Assembly: GCA_001768735.1 (NCBI GenBank)
Contig: MEMB01000002.1
Span: 699,031 to 763,030, forward strand
Direction: 5' to 3'
DNA: 64,000 nucleotides
Origin: Alphaproteobacteria bacterium GWF2_58_20
GTDB lineage: Bacteria > Pseudomonadota > Alphaproteobacteria > UBA1247
Positions 18,914 to 28,155 of the stretch are shown in pieces. Each line of letters starts with the position of its first letter. Within the stretch, counting starts at the first letter, position 1. The notes beneath the pieces are model-generated. The model was not told the DNA's origin and did no database searches. It saw only the letters and a program-made list of their open reading frames with translations. A program made the position numbers and the translations under genes.

Positions 18914-19866
18914 TCATTCTCCCGGCCAGGAAGCTTTTCCACCAATTTCAGGCGAAGGTTACTCCACTGGTCCATCATTCCAAGGCCAGCCACCGGAATG
19001 GCCAGCACATTAAACATCAGCAAACTGCCGTACAAAAACCAAACCCAAACCCGGGCACGCCGACCCCGACGGAAAGCAACCGCATGCGCCACAGCAAGCC
19101 CATCCACAAAGAATGGAACCAGCAGGATGCAAGCGAGGTTTGTTCCCGCAAAGCCAAAAATCCCGCGGCCAAAAATTCCGGCAAAGGAACAGGCGACAAA
19201 GCCTGGAAGAACCCAGCGCGACAGACGCAAGCCTGCCATTCCGGAATTCCATTCCGCTTCCTCTTTCCTTTTCCAGACAAGGCGCTGTGCCACAACCACC
19301 GATACGAACATCAGCAGCAGCCACACCACTCCGCCAAGCCCCGGAAGAATCTCCGAAAGCTTATGAAACATCTCCGACACCGCTTCCGGCGGAAGCGACA
19401 TCTGGGTGGATGCCTCAAGCACCTGCGCATCCAGAAGCGACGCGATTTTTTGCGCCGGATTGGACCATCCCGTCATCCCGCCCAGAAAGGCCACTCCCAA
19501 CATGACAAGGAAAACCCCGCATGCCGAAAGAACTTCCAGTGCGCGTGACAGACGCAGGCCAGGGCCGCGCCCTGTTTCTTCCTTGCCCATCCGGACAGCC
19601 ATTCCTCCCACCAGTGCGGCCGGAAGGCCCCATATGGCAAGAAAAACTACAGCCGCAACCTCCCCTTGCAGGAGGGCCACCCCAAAAGCTGCAACCCCTG
19701 CTGAAACCACTCCCGCAAGGGGACCAGCCGCAAATGCCGCATAATAAAGCGGCACAGGCGAAAACAGGGACAGGATGCCAGCACCCGCAAGGCCGCTCAT
19801 CGCAGACACATGCAGCCCGACACACGCAATGCCGGACAAAAGGGCTATGGCAAGAAAGGATGGCAT
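18910..19866 (-). CDS. polytopic membrane protein (DUF2232-like) in the rpsF-rpsR-rplI operon
   Basis: 318 aa with many TM helices. The position between rpsR and rplI is conserved in alphaproteobacteria. Confidence 0.5.
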   Translation of the reverse strand: MPSFLAIALLSGIACVGLHVSAMSGLAGAGILSLFSPVPLYYAAFAAGPLAGVVSAGVAAFGVALLQGEVAAVVFLAIWGLPAALVGGMAVRMGKEETGRGPGLRLSRALEVLSACGVFLVMLGVAFLGGMTGWSNPAQKIASLLDAQVLEASTQMSLPPEAVSEMFHKLSEILPGLGGVVWLLLMFVSVVVAQRLVWKRKEEAEWNSGMAGLRLSRWVLPGFVACSFAGIFGRGIFGFAGTNLACILLVPFFVDGLAVAHAVAFRRGRRARVWVWFLYGSLLMFNVLAIPVAGLGMMDQWSNLRLKLVEKLPGRENE

Positions 19867-19922
19867 GAACTTCTCAGGATGCTCCCGTGATCACGTTTGG
19901 ATTTCAGACCTAAAAAGGCCTG

Positions 19923-20189
19923 TCAACGAACCTCGTACGGCAGGAGGGCGATATAACGTGACCGCTTGATTGCCTGCGAGAGTTTCCGCTGATGCTTGCC
20001 ACAAACCGCAGTGATGCGGCTCGGCATGATCTTTCCCTTTTCCGACAGGAAGCGGGACAGCATGCGCACATCCTTGTAATCGATCTGCTGCGCCTGCGAT
20101 CCGCAGAACGGGCAGGTCTTGCGACGGCGGAAAAACGGACGTTTCTTGCCCGCACCGCCAGCCGTCTTGTCGTTGTCTTTATCCATCAT
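19923..20189 (-). CDS. rpsR: 30S ribosomal protein S18
   Basis: [45 protein letters not shown]. Confidence 0.85.
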   Translation of the reverse strand: MMDKDNDKTAGGAGKKRPFFRRRKTCPFCGSQAQQIDYKDVRMLSRFLSEKGKIMPSRITAVCGKHQRKLSQAIKRSRYIALLPYEVR

Positions 20190-20641
20190 GACTCTTCTCC
20201 TTCACCTTCACCATCCTTCGGACGACGACGGGTGGTGTTGCGACGACCACTGGGGGAAAAACCTTCCGACCTTTCCGGGCGATCGCCATCCATCCTGTCA
20301 CCAAACTCTCCCCGCTCTTCGCGTGGGCGCATCATGACGGACGGGCCTTCCTCAAACGCTTCAACGCGGATGGTCATGAAACGCAGCAGGTCTTCATTGA
20401 TGCGCATGTTCCGCTCCATTTCCGCAACCGCAGGCGCGGGCGCGTCAATGTTGAACATCACAAAATGTCCCTTGCGATTCTTCTTGATCCGGTAAGCGAG
20501 GGTTTTCAGACCCCAGGTTTCGGTATTGGCAATCGAGCCACCGTTTTCCGTAATGATCTTGGCAAACCCTTCGGTCATTGCCTCGACCTGCGCGACGGAC
20601 GCATCCTGCCGCACAATAAAGATATTCTCATACTTGGGCAT
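20186..20641 (-). CDS. rpsF: 30S ribosomal protein S6
   Basis: [22 protein letters not shown]..., with an acidic C-terminal tail. Confidence 0.85.
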   Translation of the reverse strand: MPKYENIFIVRQDASVAQVEAMTEGFAKIITENGGSIANTETWGLKTLAYRIKKNRKGHFVMFNIDAPAPAVAEMERNMRINEDLLRFMTIRVEAFEEGPSVMMRPREERGEFGDRMDGDRPERSEGFSPSGRRNTTRRRPKDGEGEGEES

Positions 20642-20840
20642 GTAAACTCCCTATGGCTAATTCGTTGACCCGGCCCTTCATGGACCAGGACCCTAAAGCC
20701 GCCGACACACTGCCGACGGCAAGGAGCTGCGGCGAAAACAATTTCCCGCCGCAAGGGTCGCCACTATACACAAATCCCGCCAGACGGCAAGCCCTTCTGC
20801 GCCCCCTTTTGCCAGAAAACCGGAAACTTCTTTCATTTCG

Positions 20841-20870
20841 TTGACTTGCATGCCCTTTATGACCTAAAAT
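20841..20870 (+). promoter_or_regulatory. candidate sigma70 promoter
   Basis: TTGACT (20841..20846), an 18-nt spacer, then TAAAAT (20865..20870). It is 32 nt upstream of the ATG at 20902 and followed by a GGGAGG RBS. Confidence 0.4.
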
Positions 20871-20901
20871 ACATCCCTAAATCCTTGGGAGGACACGCGG
20901 C

Positions 20902-21993
20902 ATGGACATCACCCTCATCGACCTGCTTTTGGCACGCACGCCAACCTGCAGCAAATCCGGCTACATGTACTGGGCTTTCCGCATCATGATCATATGGACC
21001 TTTGCTGCCATCGGGGACATCTTCGGCCTCGGTGTGGACATGGCCTATGGCATGCATGGTTTCCTTGTCGCCACCACAACCCTTTTCCTCCTTTACCCCA
21101 TCAGCCGCCTTGGCGCTGCCCGCTGTCGCGCCCGGGGCCAGAACGAGAACCGCCACTGGCGCATTCTTGGCCCGGCCATCGCCATTGTCGTTTTCACCCT
21201 CATGTCCACCGACGCCTTTGCCGGCAGTCCCATCCCGAAACTGGGGTTCATTTTCACCGCCCTTGTCATGATCGTGCAATTTTTCCTTGTTGGCGTCCCC
21301 GGAAGCAAACAGGAAACCTCATCCCCCAGCAACCTTTTGCTTGGCGAAACCCCTCCCCCCCTGCCCAAAAACACCTTTTCGCGGGGTGAATTCCCCGGGG
21401 GCCAAGCCGCCCTCCCGGAAAACCCGGACAATTTCCTTACCTCACGCAGCCCGCCTGCCCCGGAAACACTGGCTGACATCGACGCTCCCAGCCCTCCCAT
21501 GACCGACACCCCAACCTACGAAGCCCCCTACATTCCCGAGCCCTCCCCCCTGCCAGAAGAAACCCTGCCGCAGGGTGAAGAAACCAACGCAGCCCCCTTT
21601 TCTTCCATGGAAGAAACGCCTGCGCCTGAATCCATGCCGGGCATGACATCCCCACTCCAGGAACCCGCCACCGAAATCCCGAGCACCCATCCATCCGACA
21701 TCCCGGCAGAACCTTTTGCCAGCTCGCCGACAGCCCCCATTCCCATGCCCGCGCCAGATGCCCCCCCCGCAGCCATGGAGGCGGAAATCCCTCCGGCACC
21801 CTTGCCGCAAGAAGACTTTACCCCGGAAGAAAAGGCCATCGGACAGGCGGAAGAAACAGAAAAAACCACCAACGAAGAAAACCCCCTTCTCTCTCCTCAA
21901 GGAGAAGATGCCGACACTATTCCCCCGGCAACCAGCCCTGACCAACAGGATGCGGAAGAAGAGCCCCTTCCACCCCAGTCTCCGCTGGTTTGA
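20902..21993 (+). CDS. membrane protein (DUF805-like N-terminal domain, 4 TM) with a roughly 220-aa acidic Pro/Glu-rich disordered C-terminal tail
   Basis: SGYMYWAFRIMIIW and ISRLGAARCRARGQNENRHWRIL weakly resemble the DUF805 motifs. The tail is dominated by P, E, T and A. Confidence 0.5.
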   Translation: MDITLIDLLLARTPTCSKSGYMYWAFRIMIIWTFAAIGDIFGLGVDMAYGMHGFLVATTTLFLLYPISRLGAARCRARGQNENRHWRILGPAIAIVVFTLMSTDAFAGSPIPKLGFIFTALVMIVQFFLVGVPGSKQETSSPSNLLLGETPPPLPKNTFSRGEFPGGQAALPENPDNFLTSRSPPAPETLADIDAPSPPMTDTPTYEAPYIPEPSPLPEETLPQGEETNAAPFSSMEETPAPESMPGMTSPLQEPATEIPSTHPSDIPAEPFASSPTAPIPMPAPDAPPAAMEAEIPPAPLPQEDFTPEEKAIGQAEETEKTTNEENPLLSPQGEDADTIPPATSPDQQDAEEEPLPPQSPLV

Positions 21994-23093
21994 AGGCATA
22001 CCTTGCCATGACCATCACCACGACACATCATCTCATAAGGGATCTCGTGGCACAGGCACCCTTCCTTCAGCCGCTCGACCTTTTCGCCCATATTGCGGAA
22101 TATGATTTTTCTGACGATACCCATCTTTACAATTTCGCCAATGACGCCCCCACCCGCCGCATGGTGGCGCGCGTCCTCGGCACCCTGGCCCGCGAAGGCC
22201 GGATTGCCGAAGGCGATGTCATCCCCATCATGTCCAAGCTGCTTTCCGTGCGCGGATTTTATGGAACCTATTGCCAGATGATGGTTTATGCCTGGATGCA
22301 GGAAAACAATATTGATTTCAACGCCGAGGTCTGGATTCCCGGCGCAGGCCTCATCAATGAAAACGATGTGGCTCTTGATGGCCGCTTCAATGCCACCGAT
22401 GCCCTTTTTGAAGTCAAGGCCATGGGCATCCAGAACAAGCTCAAGTCCGACTTCATCGAAAAGCTCAAGCCCCACTTTCCCGGCCACGTCATCCTGGTGG
22501 ACGGGCGCGATGATTCTGCCTTTTCCGACATTGCGGACAAGGCCCTTTCCAAAACCCGGGAAATCGCCAAGGCCCTGCAGCACCAGAACCATGTGGAAAT
22601 TGAGGGGCTGGGCTGGATTGTGCGCAAGGAACCCCACGGCAAGACCCTTTACACCAGCACCACGGAGTTTGACCCCTACCTCTTTGCCGAACAGAACCAG
22701 CTGTTTGCCTATCGCCACTGCTCGCAATTTGTTCTGGGCCATCCCTTTATTCTGGTGTGCGTATATTCCGGCGATTTTGGCAGCTCTGTCCTCACCACAA
22801 ATTTCGAGGGCATGCGCGATGTGGCCCTGCGCGCCCTTGCCCGCCGCAGTTTCATTGCTTTTTCCGGCAACCCTGAAAAGGCCCACCACTATGATCCAAA
22901 GGCAGGCCCCGGACACACGCTGGGAGATGCCTGCGCCGCCCTTTCCGGCATTCTCTTCCTCAAGGCCAAGAGTTTCGACGCCAACCTCTACCTCAATCCC
23001 AACGCCCGCCATCCCGTGACGCCCGATGGTCTGGGCCGGATTTTTCACGCAACCCGCATGCGGATTGACGACTTTTCCCACGACAATTACTGA
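21990..23093 (+). CDS. hypothetical protein with a candidate PD-(D/E)xK nuclease-like core
   Basis: 367 aa, translationally coupled to the preceding gene by an ATGA overlap. VALDGRFNATDALFEVKAMG fits hhhD-(x11)-ExK. Confidence 0.45.
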   Translation: MKAYLAMTITTTHHLIRDLVAQAPFLQPLDLFAHIAEYDFSDDTHLYNFANDAPTRRMVARVLGTLAREGRIAEGDVIPIMSKLLSVRGFYGTYCQMMVYAWMQENNIDFNAEVWIPGAGLINENDVALDGRFNATDALFEVKAMGIQNKLKSDFIEKLKPHFPGHVILVDGRDDSAFSDIADKALSKTREIAKALQHQNHVEIEGLGWIVRKEPHGKTLYTSTTEFDPYLFAEQNQLFAYRHCSQFVLGHPFILVCVYSGDFGSSVLTTNFEGMRDVALRALARRSFIAFSGNPEKAHHYDPKAGPGHTLGDACAALSGILFLKAKSFDANLYLNPNARHPVTPDGLGRIFHATRMRIDDFSHDNY

Positions 23094-23116
23094 CCCCTTT
23101 CCCATGCGGAAAACGT

Positions 23117-23150
23117 ATGGCCGGCATGAAAAAATTGCCGGTTGTTTTTG
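23117..23150 (+). terminator. rho-independent terminator
   Basis: GGCCGGCA-tgaaaaaat-TGCCGG stem followed by TTGTTTTTG. Confidence 0.45.
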
Positions 23151-23205
23151 GGGATCCCCTTATATAAGGTGGGGGCATCCAGAAACAATTCACGGCGCAT
23201 GAACC

Positions 23206-25875
23206 ATGACAATCTCAGGCCTGATAACACGACCTCTCTCCCCTCCCTCCATGAAGCCGCCGAAGGAAGACGGCGATACAGCCGCTGCCAACCGGCTGCG
23301 CTTTGCCGTGTCCACGGGCGATATCGAGAACGTCAGGGCCGCCCTTCAGGAATGGTCGGATACAGAAGCCAAGGCAGCCCTTGAAATCGCCGCCCGCAAT
23401 GGGCAGGCGGCCATCCTCGGCGTCCTGCTCAACCATATCGATGTCATCGCCCGCCACAACCTGGTTGTGGCAAAGATGGTGGTCAAGGGAACCAACCTGA
23501 AACCCGCCCTTCCCTCCGAATACAAAACCGCGCTTGTCGCCGCCGCCAGCCACGGCCATGCGGAATGCGCCCGCATGCTGATGGAGGCCGGCGCCGACCC
23601 GACCGCCGCCATGGAGGCCGCTGTGAAAGCCGGGGACGAGGACATCGCCCTCATGGCCTGCAAGGCCGGTGGAAGCATCAAGACGGGGGAGACGTTCAAC
23701 AAGCATTGCATGCTGCGGGGCATGACCCGCCTGCTAGATCATGCGCGGGACACCTACGGCCTGAGCGTCATCGATGTTTACCACGAAAACAGCTACATAT
23801 CCGCCCCCCCATGGCCGGCCCCCCTGAGGCACCTGCCCGACAAATCCCTCATCTGGCTGCTGGAAAACGGCATGGCGTCCGAAAAATTCATCCGGGCCGA
23901 CCTTGTGGAAAAACCCGCCTTCTGGGAGCATGCCTTTGCCCAAAAGCGCCTGACGCCCGACATGGTCTTCAGGCACGGCATCGGCTACGGCACCGAAACC
24001 ACGGTTCGCTTCGCGCTGGCACATGGTGCCGACATCAACGCGCTGGGGCCGGGCATCGTCCTCAAAAACATCCAGAAACGCGAACAAGCCATCGTTTCCC
24101 TCCTGCTGGAAAAGGGAATTGACCTTACCGGACAGGCCGATGCCTGCCTCGTGGCCTGCATCGAGGAAGGCAGCAGCCATTTCCCGCTGGCGCTGCAGCT
24201 TCTGGAAAAACATGGCGCAGACGTCAATGCCGGCAATGGCACCCCTCTTCTGGCCAGCATGAAATGGACAGATGACAGCATGTTCCACAAGCTCCTGGAG
24301 CTTGGCGCGAACGTCCAGTTGCAGCCCGACGCCTATCTGGAAAAAGCGGGACAGGATGACAGCGGAAAGAAACTCCTGCTCCTGAACCTGCATGGTCTTT
24401 CGCTCAAGACGCGCGCGCCTGAAATCCTGAAAAACAACCTGACCAACGCCAACAGCCTGATTTTCATGCTGGCCCTGCGGGAAGCGCCGATGGAGGCGCT
24501 GAAACTCTGCCTTGAAAAGGATACGTTTCCCTTTGAGGTGATGCGCTATTTCGAAATGCAGGCCAGGGACGGCACCATGAACGCCAAGGATGCGCTCGTC
24601 ATCCTGCACGCGCACGGATTCAACTCCAAAAATCCTGAACAGCAAAAGCTGGCGGGCCTCATCGCCGCCTGCGGGGAGGACGTCTCTGGTTTCCCTGATG
24701 TCATGCTCTCGTCCGCGGACAAAAAAGCGCTTATCGCCAAGGGCGTGGAATCCCCCGGCTATTTTCCTTGGCCCGGCAACCATTGGCAGCGTTTGCGCCA
24801 TCTCTTTTCATCGCAGCGGCCCGCCGTGAAGATCCCGGAAAACACGGCTCCTGAAACCATGAATGACTGGCAAGCGGGCATTCTGCGTGCGCGCAACGCA
24901 ACAACAGACATGGAACGCGCCTGCAAAAAGGGCAGCATGAAAGCCTTTTTGCGCATGATGGCAGCCAATGCCGAAAAACTGGCTGACCTGTCGGAAACCT
25001 ATGTCCTATCAAGCCCGCAAACCTGCGCGGACCTGCACACCAAGGCCAAAAGCTGGCGCCAGCTTGCCGGGACCTCCGCAGCCCTTGACGGCGCCACCGA
25101 AAACGCCGCCGCCTTTGCCGAGCCGGAAATCCTTTACAAAACAGCCCTAGCCCTCAAGTCCGGGCAGGAACGGGCCAGCGCCATGTCCCTGCTGGTGGAT
25201 CACGCTACCCTTTACAGCCTTGTCACTGAAACCATGCAGGAAACGCTCAGGAAAGATTCAGAAAACCTGAAATCCTCCATTATCATCGCCACGGACGAGG
25301 AAAACCGGAAACTGGAAAGGCTGACTGCACGGCTGGATACCATCCCGGCCACCCATATAGCCCCCAAAAGCCTGGAAACCCTGAAGGCCATCGCCGCCCG
25401 CGACGGAACCAGCAAGGCGCTGGAAACGCTGGGCCTGATGCCGCAATCCTTCGACATCCATTTCATGGGCCGCAGGACGGGTCGTTTCCGTCCGTGGGTC
25501 TGGTTGCGCAAGAAATTCCACGCCGATGCCTGGCATAACAGCTTGAAGGATTACAAGAACCACCTCCAAACATGGCAGGCGGAAGACCCGGACGGCTCAT
25601 TTGGCCTCCTCAGGGAGATACTCGACATCACGGAAAAAACCCACCGCCTCGCTACCCCGCTCATCCAGCAGCAGGCGCAGGACGAAAAAGGCGCGGCCTT
25701 CTTTGCCGATGTGGTGAAAGCCAGCAGGGCTGTGGAACCCTTCATTTTCAGCCTTGCCAAGGCGCAAGGGCAGCCCTCCCACAAAAACCGTTGCCTGCCG
25801 GAAATCTTCGAGACGGAGGAAGGGCCAGAGAATATCACAAGTACCCCGCGCCCACCCACGCTGGAGCGGCAGTAG
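23206..25875 (+). CDS. large ankyrin-repeat protein (889 aa)
   Basis: The N-terminal third has ankyrin-like repeats (ALEIAARNGQAAILGVLLNH, LVAAASHGHAECARMLMEAGADP, HGADINALGP, HGADVNAGNGTPLLASM). The rest is alpha-helical with no recognised domain. Confidence 0.6.
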   Translation: MTISGLITRPLSPPSMKPPKEDGDTAAANRLRFAVSTGDIENVRAALQEWSDTEAKAALEIAARNGQAAILGVLLNHIDVIARHNLVVAKMVVKGTNLKPALPSEYKTALVAAASHGHAECARMLMEAGADPTAAMEAAVKAGDEDIALMACKAGGSIKTGETFNKHCMLRGMTRLLDHARDTYGLSVIDVYHENSYISAPPWPAPLRHLPDKSLIWLLENGMASEKFIRADLVEKPAFWEHAFAQKRLTPDMVFRHGIGYGTETTVRFALAHGADINALGPGIVLKNIQKREQAIVSLLLEKGIDLTGQADACLVACIEEGSSHFPLALQLLEKHGADVNAGNGTPLLASMKWTDDSMFHKLLELGANVQLQPDAYLEKAGQDDSGKKLLLLNLHGLSLKTRAPEILKNNLTNANSLIFMLALREAPMEALKLCLEKDTFPFEVMRYFEMQARDGTMNAKDALVILHAHGFNSKNPEQQKLAGLIAACGEDVSGFPDVMLSSADKKALIAKGVESPGYFPWPGNHWQRLRHLFSSQRPAVKIPENTAPETMNDWQAGILRARNATTDMERACKKGSMKAFLRMMAANAEKLADLSETYVLSSPQTCADLHTKAKSWRQLAGTSAALDGATENAAAFAEPEILYKTALALKSGQERASAMSLLVDHATLYSLVTETMQETLRKDSENLKSSIIIATDEENRKLERLTARLDTIPATHIAPKSLETLKAIAARDGTSKALETLGLMPQSFDIHFMGRRTGRFRPWVWLRKKFHADAWHNSLKDYKNHLQTWQAEDPDGSFGLLREILDITEKTHRLATPLIQQQAQDEKGAAFFADVVKASRAVEPFIFSLAKAQGQPSHKNRCLPEIFETEEGPENITSTPRPPTLERQ

Positions 25876-25894
25876 CCGGGAGCTACAGCAACAA

Positions 25895-25934
25895 GGCAAA
25901 AAAAAGGGCGGGAGTTTTTCTCCCGTCCTTTTTC
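25895..25934. terminator. bidirectional rho-independent terminator
   Basis: A-run, GGGCGGGAG-ttttt-CTCCCGTCC, then TTTTT. It lies between convergent genes. Confidence 0.6.
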
Positions 25935-25957
25935 ATATTGGATTTTATGGGACAGCC

Positions 25958-26926
25958 TCACGCCTTGTTTTCGCGCAGGCCTTCTTCCACATGATCAAGG
26001 AACCAGCGGTAGGTATCCGCAAGCCCCTTCTCAAGGGAAATCTGCGGTTTCCACCCCATCCCCATGAGACGGGAGGAATCCATCAGCTTTTTCGGCGTAC
26101 CGTCCGGCTTGCTGGTGTCAAACACGAACGTGCCCTCATAGCCGATGACCTTGGCCATCATCCCGGCCACGTCGCGGATGGAGACATCCGAGCCGAAACC
26201 GACATTGAGGTGTTCCTCGCCGGAATAATTTGCAAGCATGAACACGAGCGCATCGGCAAGGTCATCCACATGCAGGAATTCGCGCAAGGGCGTTCCGGTT
26301 CCCCACAGGGTTACCGTTTCATCGCCGCGCTGTTTGGCGTTGTGGATCTTGACCATCAGCGCCGGCAGGACATGGCTGGCATTCAGGTCGAAATTGTCGC
26401 CCGGCCCATAAAGGTTGGTAGGCATGGCCGAGATGTAATCGCACCCGTGCTGGCGGCGAAACGCCTGGCAGAGCTTGATACCCGCAATCTTGGCAATGGC
26501 ATACCATTCATTCGTCGGCTCCAGCGGGCCGGTCAGGAGCGCGCTTTCCGGGATCGGCTGCGGCGCCATTTTGGGATAAATGCACGACGACCCCAAGAAC
26601 AGGAGCTTTGAAACCCCCACCTTGAAGGATGCGTTGATGACATTCAGCTCGATCGCCAAATTGTCGGAAATAAAATCGGCCGGTTTCTGTGTGTTGGCAA
26701 GGATTCCGCCCACCTTGGCGGCCGCAACCACCACGACATCCGGACGCAGCTTTTCCACAAAGGCTTCGGTTTCGGCCTGACGGCGCAAATCCACCTCGTC
26801 CCGACCCGCCGTAATGATGGTGCAATTTTCACGTTCAAGACGGCGCACCACGGCTGAGCCCACAAGTCCGCGATGCCCGGCAACCCATACCTTCTTGCCG
26901 GAAAGTGCAAACGGTGTTTCCATCAT
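25958..26926 (-). CDS. fcl: GDP-L-fucose synthase (GDP-4-keto-6-deoxymannose 3,5-epimerase/4-reductase)
   Basis: [13 protein letters not shown] Rossmann motif. The overall sequence is WcaG/Fcl-like and the gene overlaps gmd. Confidence 0.9.
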   Translation of the reverse strand: MMETPFALSGKKVWVAGHRGLVGSAVVRRLERENCTIITAGRDEVDLRRQAETEAFVEKLRPDVVVVAAAKVGGILANTQKPADFISDNLAIELNVINASFKVGVSKLLFLGSSCIYPKMAPQPIPESALLTGPLEPTNEWYAIAKIAGIKLCQAFRRQHGCDYISAMPTNLYGPGDNFDLNASHVLPALMVKIHNAKQRGDETVTLWGTGTPLREFLHVDDLADALVFMLANYSGEEHLNVGFGSDVSIRDVAGMMAKVIGYEGTFVFDTSKPDGTPKKLMDSSRLMGMGWKPQISLEKGLADTYRWFLDHVEEGLRENKA

Positions 26927-27981
26927 ACCCTGTCCTTCTCCGTCAGCAGCAGATCCGCATCCACCATCTCATTCACGAGCTGGGTGAAGGAAACCTTGTG
27001 TGACCATCCCAACTTTTCATGAGCCTTGGCCGGATTTCCCAGCAGAAGTTCCACCTCGGTGGGGCGGTAATAGCGGGCGTCGATTTTCACAAGTACCTGG
27101 CCTGTCTTTTCGTCAAACCCTTCCTCGTCAACCCCTGCCCCGCGCCATTTGACCACGCGACCAATGCGCGCGAAGGCCAGCTCGACAAATTCGCGCACCG
27201 TATGGGTTTCCCCGGTGGCCAGCACAAAATCATCACCCACATCATGCTGGACAATGCGCCACATGCCTTCCACATAATCCATGGCATGGCCCCAGTCGCG
27301 CTTGGAATCAATGTTGCCGAGATACAGGATGCCTTCTCCCTTGTGGGCAAGGGATGCCACCGCGCGCGTGATCTTGCGGGTTACAAAGGTTTCACCGCGT
27401 CTCGGGCTTTCGTGGTTGAACAGGATGCCGTTGGATGCGTGGATGCCATAGGCCTCGCGGTAGTTCACCGTGATGTAATAGCCGTAGGCCTTGGCGGCGG
27501 CATAAGGGCTGCGCGGATAAAACGGGGTGGTTTCCGACTGCGGCGTTTCCTTGACCTTGCCGAACAGTTCCGAGGTGGACGCCTGATAAAACCGGGTTTT
27601 CTTTTCCAGCCCCAGAAGGCGGATGGCTTCCAGCAGGCGGAGGGTGCCAAGGCCATCGGCATTGCCTGTATATTCCGGCGTTTCAAAGCTCACATGCACA
27701 TGGCTCTGAGCCGCGAGATTGTATATTTCATCCGGCTGTGTCTGCTGGATGAGGCGGATGAGGTTGGTGGAATCCGTCATGTCGCCATGGTGCAGGAAAA
27801 ACTTCACATCCTGCTCATGCTTGTCCTGGTAGATGTGTTCGATGCGGCCTGTATTGAACGAGGAGGAACGCCGCTTGATGCCGTGGACGACATATCCCTT
27901 TTCCAGCAAAAGTTCAGAAAGATATGAGCCATCCTGCCCGGTGACCCCGGTAATCAACGCAACTTTTTCCGTCATGTTCAA
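26923..27981 (-). CDS. gmd: GDP-mannose 4,6-dehydratase
   Basis: [23 protein letters not shown]. Confidence 0.9.
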   Translation of the reverse strand: MNMTEKVALITGVTGQDGSYLSELLLEKGYVVHGIKRRSSSFNTGRIEHIYQDKHEQDVKFFLHHGDMTDSTNLIRLIQQTQPDEIYNLAAQSHVHVSFETPEYTGNADGLGTLRLLEAIRLLGLEKKTRFYQASTSELFGKVKETPQSETTPFYPRSPYAAAKAYGYYITVNYREAYGIHASNGILFNHESPRRGETFVTRKITRAVASLAHKGEGILYLGNIDSKRDWGHAMDYVEGMWRIVQHDVGDDFVLATGETHTVREFVELAFARIGRVVKWRGAGVDEEGFDEKTGQVLVKIDARYYRPTEVELLLGNPAKAHEKLGWSHKVSFTQLVNEMVDADLLLTEKDRV

Positions 27982-28155
27982 CCATCCTCATGCAACAAAC
28001 GCCCGTCTTGCGGGCCATTCCCCACCCCGAACCACCGACATGGGATCGGAAGGAAGCACATATGGAGCATGCGCTTCCCGGCCAGAAACAGAAAACCTTC
28101 CCCTCCGGCACTTTTGACAGGTTTCAGGAAAACGGGAGAAAAGTCCCCCGCCCCT

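Noticed and set aside
17261-19366. 701-aa plus-strand ORF
   Set aside because: It is antisense to dnaB, rplI and the DUF2232 gene, and its translation has no domain features, whereas the minus-strand genes have clear motifs.
21897-23105. 402-aa minus-strand ORF
   Set aside because: It is antisense to the 367-aa hypothetical gene. The plus-strand gene was preferred because of its ATGA coupling, upstream promoter and downstream terminator.
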